Source: Pavona decussata (Eukaryota). From it: a stretch of DNA of 64,000 nucleotides. A program made the position numbers and the translations under genes. Location of the stretch: the NCBI GenBank assembly GCA_977016875.1, contig CDRNST010000331.1, positions 1,364,001 through 1,428,000 of the forward strand. The letters run 5' to 3'. Shown here in pieces: positions 1 through 12,700 of this stretch (within the stretch, counting starts at the first letter, position 1; each line of letters opens with the position of its first letter). The notes beneath the pieces were generated by a model. The model was not told the origin of the DNA, searched no databases, and was given only the letters and a program-made list of their open reading frames with translations.

Positions 1-589
1 GAAGAATGCTGTCAGTGATGACTTGGTCTTGGAATCAATTGGCATACAGAGTGGTTCTCTTTTCAGAATCTTAGTTTTGTATTTATTTTGATTTAATGGT
101 TCAAATTTTTTTAATTAGCTTTAATGACTTTAGCCTACCAGCTGAGCCAACCAAAGCAACATGTCAATGATTTCTTTTCTCTGTTTGAAGCCACACAAAA
201 GCAAATCAACCACACATCTGCAGTTCTGCAAGTCTCCTAGGCCAAGTTGTTCAAAGTGTGGTTAGTGCTATTAATCCAGGTTAACTACCACAAAAACCTA
301 CAGATTTTGTTCACAGTTAATTATAACCCAGGAAGGCTTTGAACAACTCGATTCTGAGGTTTTAGCAATTTCTCTAATTCAAACCTTTAGGTCATCTCAA
401 TCTGTAGACCAAAGTAGCATCCCAAAGCCAAAGCATCCCAAAGCCAAATGGTCAAGCCCATCTCCAGTGAACTCTTCATTTTGTTATGCACATTTGCTAA
501 ATGTTTGTTGAAAGAAAATTGCACTTTAGTGCTTTGGATATAAATCTGGTTCTCACAAGTAACAATTCTGACATAATTTTCTTGTCTAG

Positions 590-772
590 GGCATTACTGT
601 CCTCTTGAAACACAGAGTCCAACACAGTATCCTTGTGTTGCGGGATCATGGACCAACCTCACAAACCTAAAATCACAAGAAGAGTGTTATGAGTGTCCGA
701 AGGGCTGGTTCTGTCTCAGAGCAAGCTCTGCACCAACTGCTTTATGCTTCACAGGACACTTCTGTCCACCAG
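590..772 (+). CDS. Exon 1 in window (Cys-repeat)
   Basis: tctag|GG CAT TAC TGT...CCA CCA G|gtatg; GHYCPLETQSPTQYPCVAGSW...GHFCPP; phase 1-1. Confidence 0.85.
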
Positions 773-3700
773 GTATGTTCACTCAGGAGAGGGGAGGGAG
801 GGGGGGGGGGGGGTTGGAAAGACGACTATAGATTTAAACATTTTTGCTTCAAAAAAGCCTGTGATTTGTTTACTGGCTGGAAATGAAGTAAAGATTTGTC
901 AGTTTTGTGGGGAAAGGGGGAAAGTAAAGTAAAGCAATTTATTTAATGTCTACTCAATAACACAGGGAATGTTTGCACAATCTCCCAAGCCAGAGGCTCA
1001 TGATATAGTGCTTGACAATAATCCAGATTGAATTGGAATAATAATATTTGGAAATATTGGTTTTTGAGAAGAGGGGAAAACTGGAGTACCCGGAGAAAAA
1101 CTTTTTGGAACAAGGACGAGAACCAGTAACAAACTCAACCCACATATTCATGAGGCAGAGTCTAGGAATTGAACCTGGGCCACATTGGTGGGAGATGAGT
1201 GCTCTCACCTCTGCGCCATCCCTGCTCTGGGGTATAAGAAAATCAATGATTTTGCCAATACTGGTAATGTATCCTGAACTATAATAAAATTATTCCTCCT
1301 TTTTAAGGCAATGAAGAATCCAGTTTTAGAGTATAGTTAGAAAGTTTCTTTAAATGTGTACTCTTTACAAAAATAAAGATAAAATTCAAATTCAGATTTA
1401 TTTTTTGCTTGTTTGTGTAAAAGGAACCAAACGAGGCAATGAATTTCCATGTCCTGCTGGGACGTACAACAACAAGACTGGTCTGGAACGCGTAGAAGAT
1501 TGTGTACCATGCACAACTGGTCATTACTGTCCCCAAGGAACATCAATTCCAAAGGAATGTCCACGAGGAACTTTCAATGATGTACGAGGAGCCAAGGTAA
1601 GCAACACCACTGTGAATCCAAAGCCCTGTGAAAAAGATCCATAACGTAGGAGAGAAATACTAATTTCTGTCTGGCTTGGGTCATTACTAGGGCTGAGATC
1701 AAATGCTTTTACAACTTTATGTCCCATTTGTCCCTTTGAAAGCTAAGTAAAAGTGGTTTGATGTCAATAACAGTCCCTACAATTCTGGTGAAACATTCCT
1801 ACAGTGTGCGACGATTCATAAGAGCATCTGCGTAGCAAGTAGCTTGCGAACGCAGACGTATTTCTGGCCGTCATTTTTTTTTTCGGTTGACAGCCAGAAA
1901 TACGTCTGTGTTTGCAGGCTATGTAGCAAGCAAAATAAAGTAAAATGCATAGACTGGTTCAGAAATCATTAAATTTATTTGTAGCCCAAAGAAATGGAAA
2001 TATTTTTCGGCAGTTGAGCACACAAGTATTCTCAGCTACAAAGGTCACCATGTTGTTGACCTATCAAATATATATTGCCTGCAGTATTTAAGTATATTAA
2101 GTGTTTCAATTTCACGGGCCTCCACTGATCAGCAAAGTTACCAAACAAAGTTTACAAGGGACGAAGCGATCAATCAACTGTCTGCCCAAATATCCCCCCT
2201 AACTATAACTTGTTTGAACATTCATCATCACAAGTTAAAAATAAATGTGGAATATGGGGAAATAATAAATTAAAACTCAGATATTCTCTTTGTGCTTCCT
2301 TTTAGAACCAACTTGAGGGTTGCAAGCAGTGTGTAGCTGGGTATTATTGCCCCAACACAGCAAACTATGAACTCACTGCTTGTGAAGTGGCTAATTATTC
2401 GGTAAGGAACATTTTTTCTAAATACCACATGAGCTAGTTAATCCAGAATGTTTGGTCAAAATTAATTGCACTGGTTTGAGACAACTGGACCAAACATTGC
2501 CATTCCATCAATTTTGAGTTAACCTGTTTCTTTATCATGCGTCTGCTCAGTCAATTTTCAAACCCCAAGGTGTTTAGGGAAAGGATTAATCCTTTAAGCC
2601 CCAAAAGTGACCAGCAGTTAAATTCTCCTTATAATACCACTACTTAATCAAAAATGTTGGTTATGAGAACAAAGAATATGATCACCAAAGATGAAATGTT
2701 TTGATTTTTGTAACAAGTTCTCCCAACTGGTACTATAACAAAGATACAGAGTACAGTTAGGAGAAGTTGCATGTTGATATTGGGTTTCATAAATATTACT
2801 TTTTGCAGCTGGGTAATGTGGCCTCATCTGACTTATGGTCTTCTCAGATCTGTTGGACTAGAAATGTTTTGGTTAGCTCTTAGTCATAAGTCATAAGGCC
2901 TTGACAATCTGTTGCTTGTGATTTCACCAGCTATCTCTGCATATTTTTCTCCCAGGGTCCTGGTGCCTTTGTATGTACAACTTGTGAGGCCGGCCATTAC
3001 TGTGACAGTAGGACGACTAGTAAGGCTGTGATGATCAGCACCAAGATTTGTCCAGCTGGTACACACTGTCCTCCTGGCACAGATCAGAAACCTGACCTGG
3101 TCACTCACGCCTGTACAGAGGGTCATTACTGTCTCAGAGGTGATGAGGTAAGGCAACTCAATAACCATCATTGCTTCCTTTCTGTTCATACAGCTCTGTA
3201 ATGGACTTAACATGATACCAATAAGCTCCCGGGGATCTACCGGGACATTCTGTCACGTGATATTTTATCACCTTAATCACGTGACAAAACGTCCTACATC
3301 ACTTGTCAAAGATTCCGAGACGGAATTGAAAGCTCGTATCTTAGTATAAATTTTTCAATTCTGAAAAGGAAACTGTTTTGTTTGAAATACAATATGACAG
3401 GATCAAGGAACAACTTTTTCTCTAACAATAAAAAATGAATAATTAAAGTAAAACAACTTTGTTTAATGAGGGTGACACTTAACAGTCTGTTATGACTGAC
3501 AAACCTGTGGCCCTCAGATTCCGGATCAAATTTGAAATAGAATTACACCAATCCACTTAAATGCCTCGGATTTATTAATGGTTGAGAAAGCATTACTCAT
3601 TTTTGAAGTGACTATATTCAACAGAATGCCTATCCCATCAAGTGTCCAAATGGAACGTTTGGCCCACACACTGGCCGCAAACTTGTCAGTGAGTGCATTA

Positions 3701-6700
3701 AATGCACGGAAGGACATTACTGTGAGCCTGAAGGTTTGACAAAAGTGGTAAGTTAACCCTAAATCATCGTCATCATCATCATCATCATCATCATCATCAC
3801 TTTCGTAGCCTAAGTGCACTTTTAGAGACCCAATTATGCCCCTCCAATCCCATAATTGATCAGCCATTCTTGTTGCTGGAACTTATTGTAGGTGCCATCC
3901 GACTTCCATTGTAATAAGTTATTAATTTTTTTCTCAGGCTAATGTGTGCCCACCAGGTTATTTCTGTCCTGAGGGAACTGGCTATAGATTTTCACAGCCA
4001 TGCCCAGTGGGATTCTACAGAAAACTTTCTGCCGCAGTGTCTGTTCAGGATTGCAGTGTTTGCTTCTCTGGTCACTTCTGCGATGAAAAGGGCCTGGCAA
4101 ATCCTAAAACATGTCCAGAGGTAAGAGGTGTTTATTTGCAGCAGATGACAACGACTGTTCACATTCATGATTAATTAAAGGGGCATTGTCACCCATCTTT
4201 AGTGTAATAATGGTTCAGTCTTGTTCAATAACTCTACTAGTGCAAATGAATGCATTTGTAGTTTCACCTTTTCATAGCTATTTTCTATGCCTACCCAGAA
4301 GAAGTGTTTGAAGAGCAACAAGCCTTTGGAGAAAAACCATTAAAAGGGTACACTAACTTTAACCATTTGATGACAATGCATGGCTTGAAAATGCCTCTTC
4401 ATATTATTGCAGTTATCAGCGGTCTGACATAGAAATAAGGCAACTGAGTCATTCTGCATTGAATTGACCCTTTTACCTTGTTTGCTAGCTTTTTTACATA
4501 TTAAAAACTAAACATTATATTTGAATGTAAGATCAACTTAATAACAGCAATTTATCGCTCAAAGGGAGTGGTTATCACTCTTGAAGATCATGATCACTTG
4601 AATCATTTTTGTGTTGTAATTATAGGGCTTCTTCTGTCCTACCGGTACTACTATTCCTCAACCATGTCCAAGTGGTTACTATGGTAACTCGTCTGGAGTT
4701 AAGAGAAGTGAGGAGTGTACACCATGTCCTGCTGGCCAGTACTGTGCTGGTTATGGCCTGAAAGAACCCAGTGGACCATGTGACGCAGGTTTCTATTGCA
4801 GCGGAAGAGCTTATACTTCTGTAAGTATTGATTTAGGTCTCCTCGCCATTGTTACATCTATTTTTTTTTATTTTTTTTTTGTTTACATTGTATTTGCGGT
4901 GGCAAAATAAATAAATAAAAACTAATAGCCCAATTTCGATATATAATACATTATATATATTTTAAATTCAGCCTGAAACAATAAACATCTCTGCGAGGCT
5001 CTGCGGAATAAACACATATATACTGTACAATTTATTCCCCTGAGCCTCGAAGTGATGTTATTGTTTCAGGCTGAATTTTAACATATCGAAATTGGGCTAT
5101 TGAGCCTGTATGAAGAAGAGTACAGGTAGTAATATTTTGGGCGATGCTCAGTGTAAAACCTGTCACATTTTTGTTTGTTTCCTATCTTTTCCGTCACTTG
5201 TGAGTTTGGCAGGATTTTTACACTATGGATGAGGCTTATAATTATTTGTAGTTTTGGAATGGGAAAAATTCAGAAACTTTGAGGAACTTTCTTGGATTAA
5301 ATCAGACAGTGCCTAAAAGTGTGGGTTACAATATTATGGATTAAAATGTTACATTTGATTATGATGAGGACTACTTTAATTTAATAAATTGTATTTGGAT
5401 AAATGGGCAGCAAAAGGGACCTGTTTGCTTTTTGGCAGGTTAGATGGATAATTTTACAATGGTTTAAGATGATAAATTGAGGAATTTTCAATTGAGTGTC
5501 AAACTTATTCACATTTGCTCTAGTGTTGCTTTGTTACACTGTCTGACTGGTTTGCAAAGTTTGCTCCACTTTGTCAACCAATGAGCATGCAAAGCCAAAA
5601 CCAATCATGCCTTGTTCACACATGTTGATCTGTGCTTGGTACTGGTGACGTGTTTGCTGTGAGTTATGATTGGTTCATTGAGCAGTTTGTGTTTGTGGTG
5701 ATTGTCAAGAGTAACTGCTTTGGTTTTGGTTGTGCCACACTCAAATTGAGAAGTGCTTTATACAATAAATTTATGTTACAACAGGCACCACCAGAAGGAA
5801 GTCCCACAGGAGGACTGTGTCCCAAGGGAGGGTACTGTCCACAGGGTGCAAAGACCCCCGAGCCCTGCCCTGTTGGGAAATACAGTGGTACTAAAGGAAA
5901 CAAGGAACCTGACGACTGTATCACATGTGACCCAGGGTATGTATACTGTCAATAGTAATGAAAAGCTAAGGTATGAAGTAAGTAGGAGTATTGACACCCC
6001 TCCTTGGATGGGATGGGATGTTAGTCCATGACAGGATGCCCAGCATGAAGTGACTAGGAGTATTACTACTCCCCCCTGGATGGGATGTTAGTCCATTACA
6101 GGATGCCCAGCATGAAGTGACTAGGAGTATCACTACTCCCCCCTGGATGGGATGCTAGTCCATCACAGGATACCCAGCATGAAGTGACTAGGATATTACT
6201 ACTCCACCCTTTATGGGATGTTAGTCCATGACAGGATGCCCAGCATGAAGTGACTAGGAGTATTACTACTCCCCCCTGGATGGGATGCTAGTCCATCACA
6301 GGATGCCCAGCATGAAGTGACTAGGAGTATCACTACTTCCCCCCGGATGGGATGCTAGTCCATCACAGGATACCCAGCATGAAGTGACTAGGAGTATTGC
6401 TACTCCCCCCTGGATGGGATGCTAGTGTATCACAAGATTACCTCCAGCAGTTTGTCAGCGGTCCCCATTCATACACCTGGCTGAAAGGGACAGTGTGGAG
6501 CAATGTTTCTGTCTTAGGAAACAACACAGTAATGCAGAGATCAACCTAACCTGGAACCACTGACCCTCCGATCTTCCATCTCTCTGGAAGTCTGACACGG
6601 TAACCACTACCCCATTGAGGCTCCAGTATAGTGATGTTTCTTGCTGGATGAAGATGGCTTCACAAAATTCATTGTCAGATTTCTAAATGCCAGAAGGTCA

Positions 6701-9700
6701 GATTTTGGAATTTCTCCTGTCTGGTCAAGACACAATATGCATCAGAAATTAGCAGATTTCTTTCATGGTTTGTTAAACATTCTCCCATTCTTGAAATTTT
6801 CTACTCATTTTCAAACTCTTAGTAGCAGGCTATTTTTTCTGTAGCTGACATCCTTAATAGCCAGCTACCTGCTACTAATTATTGGCCTCAAGTGGTTGAC
6901 CTTCTTATTATTCCTCTCTTGTCCTTAAAAAACAAACCCTCCTGCATGGTCATTGTATTTTGTTTGTTCACTAAAATGTGTCAAGATTTTCCTTGACAAG
7001 TCTCTCCTTCAGTTTTGATTAAGACCATGGGGAACTTTTTTTTAAACCTTTTCAAGGAAAACTTGGTTGTGTGCAACCATTCCGTGTAGAACAGACATGA
7101 AGCCACATGCACTTAACCCTTTTATTACACCCGGTTTGAAATCACTGGTGATCCTTGCAATCTGATTGGCTCTCAACAGTGCGATTTATTCACAAACTAT
7201 TTTTTGCTCTAAATCGCATCTTTTTTTAGCCCATCAAAATGAAAATGAAACCGGGTTTCCTGAAGTGGATAAATAAATATTAATATTGATAAAAAAAACT
7301 GTGAGATTTCAAAATGGGTGCAATGAAGTGGTAATTGAACTTTTTGTTGCGCAATTTTGGTCTGAAATCATACTTGTGATTTCAAATCGAACTCACGTAG
7401 TGCGCTCGTTCAATTTTGAAATCATGCGTATAATTTCAGACCAAATTGCACTCCACTCAGTTCAATTACCATTATTAACCCCTAATATCAAGTCAGAACA
7501 AATTCTCCTATCTTGCCCCCTTACTTTCTTTATAAGAGTACTGGGGAAAAGTTATTAAAATATAAAGAAAATTCACCTTGGGTGATCATATCCTTAATTC
7601 TGATACCCTTTAGGGGTTGAATAAAGATTCTCCTATCTTGCCCCCTTACTTTCTTTATAAGAGTACTGGGGAGAAGTTATTAAAATATAAAGAAAATTCA
7701 CCTTGGGTGATCATATCCTTAATTCTGATACCCTTTAGGGGTTGAATAAAGATTCTCCTATCTTGCCCCCTTACTTTCTTTATAAGAGTACTGGGGAGAA
7801 GTTATTAAAATATAAAGAAAATTCACCTTGGGTGATCATATCCTTAATTCTGATACCCTTTAGGGGTTGAATAAAGATTGACATTCCAAGGTGAAATTTG
7901 ATGCTGATCACTGTAAGGGCTTAAAAAGTTACTTTCTCCCTTCTGCCATCTACACCGTTTGTTTCTCTCTTTTCAGGTTCTACTGCGCAGGTGACACTAA
8001 CCCTGAACCCACAGGCCCATGTTCACCAGGACACTTCTGTACAGGCGGGGCATCCACTCCAACCCAGCATGTCACACCCGCAGGCCACTTCTCAGCAGCA
8101 GCTGCCTCTTCTCCTGTCAAATGCCCAGTTGGAACTTATCAAGAGGTACATTAATAATAACTTTATTACTTTCCAAATTTTGGCTTTTCAAAGTAACTAC
8201 AATATTCAATAAAATAAGTAAAACTACAGAACAATAATATGATTAAAATCATATACATATAACAGAACAAGAAATTTACAATATATTTAGAACAAAGCTT
8301 CTAACATTCTCTTTGGAAATGACGCATAAGCTCCTTTTTGAATGATGCAAGGTTTGTTAGCTCAGTGAGCCTTTCGGGTAAGGAATTCCATAGTGAAACT
8401 GCTCGATAATGGAAGGTTCTTTGGCCTGCGGCCATTCTGTACCCTGGGATGTCCATCTTATTCTTGTTCCGTGTGTCTTTATTGTGGATTTCAGACCTCT
8501 TTTTACCAGTTGGTGGTAATGTTAATGAGTACATGAATTGTGCAAGTTTTGAGAGGGACTGTTTGAGGTGTCATTAACTGATGTTTTGATAACCCGAGCA
8601 GGAGTCATCATCAGAGTCAAATAAATTGTGTTAGTTATTGACATCTCGACTTTGCTGACCAATCATTAAGATTTGTAAAATTAGCAACTTGTCTTACAGA
8701 AGAAAAAAGGGTAGAATGACACTTACTACGCAAAACACAAAGAGTGGGGGAGGGGGGATGCATAAGCCAGTAAAATGCCCCAGATAAACTCCCTATCTGT
8801 ATCATGATGTTGGTTTCAAAGAAGTTTTTAGATTATGAGGACTTTAAAAAGGCAAACAATTAGCTGTTTTGTCTTTCAGACTGATCGTGCGGAACAATGT
8901 ACTAACTGCACAGAGAAGAACTTCTGTGATAAGATGGGACTGGAATTTCCAAAGACTTGTATTAAAGGGCACTACTGTCCACCCAACAGCATCAAGCCAA
9001 CGGCTTGTCCACCTGTAAGTATACTATGGCTTTGTACAGATTTTGAAACTGTTTACCCAATTAAGTTTGTAGAGCACATTTCTTTACGCATTGAATCAAT
9101 CGGTCTTGGGTTTATGACTTGTTCTACCTACTCATCTGACAATAAACTGTCTTGTTGTACAGCTTAATGACCAACAGAGCAGGATTGTACTTGATTTCAA
9201 TGGCAGTTACATATTATATCCACCTTTGTGCTGCATATATTATTAAACAGTCTTCTTCTTCTTAGCCCACTCAAAGCCCATGAAAACAATGCCAGTGTAA
9301 ATTAGGTGTTAGTAGCTGTCATTGACACAGATGCACATAAGGATTTAATACAAAACTGCACACAAAAATGCACATACATTTGTATGTTGCTTGTGCTCCC
9401 TGCGAGTTGGAGCTCTTTTCTCCTCCAAGTTATGCAGATACTGATTAAAATGATTCACAATTTGAAACTATGTTTGAAGTCAACATAATTGCCTTTAGGA
9501 AGTGCCAAACTTTTTTGTGAGCATCTCGAGACTTCTGACTGGTCATCTTGCCAGACCCTACACTAAACCCCTCCAGTTCGTGCCATTATTTCCTCTCCCT
9601 GATCCTGTCCTTTACTCCGACCTATATATACTTAATCTTACAGCTGGGGACAAGCTCAACCCTTCCTTGTATTGCATATGTAGTCTCCTTTCCCAGCTTG

Positions 9701-12700
9701 GGGGGTGGGGGTACTCCCTTACACTTACACTTTGTGAACTTCACAAATGACACTACACTACACTACATTACACTCCACTCCACTACACTACACTGTAATG
9801 CTCTGCTTCACCTTATATACTATACTATGGACCAAAGGGTATGATTTTTGAGCCATTTTGGTCTGAATTTATATATAAACAGAGTATAGATTTTAACCAT
9901 GTTGGTCTTAGGTCTCAAAACGGGTATGGATTTAACGGTATCAGAAAATTTCTGAAAACATTAAGTAGACAATTAATTACATGTTTTGGTCTGAAAAAAG
10001 GTTAGGGTTTGGAGAACTGAGCTGCACACCCCTACCAAAAATTCCCAGGAGTGTCCTCCCCCTCTCTGGAGTTTCTCTTGCCTAACACTTCATACTTCAT
10101 GAGTGGACCTTGGTTAACTCCAAATAAAAATGTTGCTTTTACAGGGTACATATAATCCAAATGACGGAACAGCCACAATACAGTCTTGCCTTCCCTGTGA
10201 TGCCGGCTTTTTTTGTAAGCAACCAGGCTTGAATTCCACTGAAGGAAAATGCTTTGCTGGATACTATTGTACTGGCGCTTCACCAAGTCCAACTCCAGTA
10301 AGTTCTTTCACATCTAACTGTTTGATTAGCACGGGATTCATACAGCTCACAGAAAACCTGGAAACTCATGGATTAGATCAGGTTTTGCCAGCCTCAGTGA
10401 AGAAACTGTAACTAGACGAAGTCTGAAAAGTCTATGTTGTCATGGCATTTTGTTGTACATACTTTGTGGATAAGCCCCAGGGCAGGGAATTTTCCTGTTT
10501 TTTTTTTTTTTTTTTTGTTGTTGTTGTTGTTGTTGTTTTTATTTGTAGGATACTGTGGGTAGTTTTGAAACCTTGGGAAGTGTTCAGCGTTGGGGTTGCC
10601 ATTGGGTGTTGATTTAATTGAATATTGTACTATCCTTTGTTTGTTTTCAGAATAATGGCTCTCTCTTTTCAAACATCACATATGGTGGCATTTGCCCTGC
10701 TGGATACTACTGTCCAATTGGCACGCAACGTCCATACGAGAATCCCTGTCCAAACGGAACCTACAGCAACAGGACTGGCCTTGAAAGGGAGGATCAGTGT
10801 ATTGACTGTGACCCTGGTAGGGCTTGCACAGGAGAAGGTCTGACAGAACCCAATGGAGTTTGCCGAGCTGGCTTTTATTGTATACGTAAGGCAACTTCAC
10901 CTTTCCCTCTTGATGGTATCACTGGGAACATATGTCCATCCGGTTCTCACTGTCCTACCGGAAGTGCTACCTTCAAAGATTGTGTACCTGGGACGTACAG
11001 GTATTTAGACTTATTTAATATAATTTCAACAAATTGTGGTATGTAACTCAATCTTGTAGAATATCCCCTGATTTCAACCACCTTGGCCTACAGCGTTGTC
11101 GGCAAAGTGTCAGGGAACGTTCTGCACGATTTCACAAGATACTTGTTAAATGTTGGCATATACTAATAAAGCAATAAGCTAATACAGAACTGCTTATGTC
11201 AGTTACTAACTAGACACAAAGTAGAGTGAGAATAATAAAGGTTTTTAAAAGTTGAATAAGCTTCTTTTTGTTTGTTTGTTTGTTTGTTTTTTTTTTTTGC
11301 TATTAATACCAATACAATCAGGCATTAAAAACTGGTCATCCAATAGGCATATCTTTCACACAATTTCTGAAAGATTAAGTGAATTTTCAGTGGCTTTTTG
11401 TTACCCTTTAAGCCCCAAAAGTGATCAGCATCTAAATTCTCCCTACATTATCACTGCTTGATCAAATATACAGATCATGAGAATAAAGAAATGATCAGCA
11501 AAAATTCAATGTTGTTATTTTTATGCTTACTCTCCCTACTAATAGCATGAGAAATGTATGAATAACAACGAGAAAAATACGATTGTTGATACTGGGGTTA
11601 AGAAAAGTGAGTAACCCTGGCACCCTCGTGGCTAAAACCTTGATGCCAATTCAGGTTTTACAATAACTTTCAAATTCTCATGTGCTAATTGGCTTGTAGC
11701 TATTGTCTATAAGAGTACAGACAATAAAAATGATGTCAGATGTAACATGCATCCTTTCTCATTGGAAAATAAAGCCAATTCCCCTTGTACTTTTTCCATG
11801 TTGTTACAAAAAAGCAAATTGACAGCAGTTTTCTTTGGGCTATACTCTTATAGGCCACAAGTGATGCCATAAAATGTTCAAAACTTGGCAGGGAAGCCAC
11901 TTGCCTGCAGCTTGTGGTTCCACTTGAGTTTGGAACATTTTGTGATGTAATTTTAATATTCTTATAGACCAAAGAAAACATGCCATTGATTTGTTAATTA
12001 GCTTTTGGTTTCTTGACTGTTCTTGCATTCTTGGTTGTGTTTCTTCAGCAATGTCACTGGTCTTGAAGCATGTCTACAATGTCCAGAACGCTTCTATTGC
12101 GAGGGGGCACAAGGAGACAGCAAGAGGCCGATTCCTTGTCCTACTGGTCACTATTGTCCAGCCGGTACGGGGCTGTCACGCCCAAAATGCCCCTCTGGAA
12201 CATGGAATCCCCAGGTTAGCTTTTGTTGCATCTACATAATTTTCCTCAAGTTGAGGGTATAAATCTTAAACTGATAGTTCATCATGGTAGAAAGATACTA
12301 AAAAAGTGGTGACGTCCTGCAAGGAATGTGGATGGTTATCAGTGGACTTTTGTTGCTTTCAGTTTCAGAAAGGAGTTGGGATCTTTCATGGAAAAAAAAA
12401 GGGAAAAAAAAACCAGTATGTGGGGCCGTGTAATCAAACAAATATTTTCAACAGAACAGAAACTCTTTAAAAATCCCAACTGGTAGGGAGGCTCACCAGT
12501 TGGCTAATTACAAAGTGTGGCTCAGGATTGAACAGGGGACTACCCCAAAACAAACCCAGCTAGTGGTCAGAGAGGGGACTCCAACTTGGGGTCTCTAGAT
12601 TATATGTCTGGGCCTCCAACCACTTGACCATGTCACCTCCCCTCTCGTGTTGTCTCTTAATGACTCTCTTGTTGTCTCTTTAGCTGAGTCTGGCTCGTGA

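Noticed and set aside
5985-6435. CRISPR-like regular array
   Set aside because: Whole units repeat with no unique spacers and no cas genes; it is a eukaryotic minisatellite
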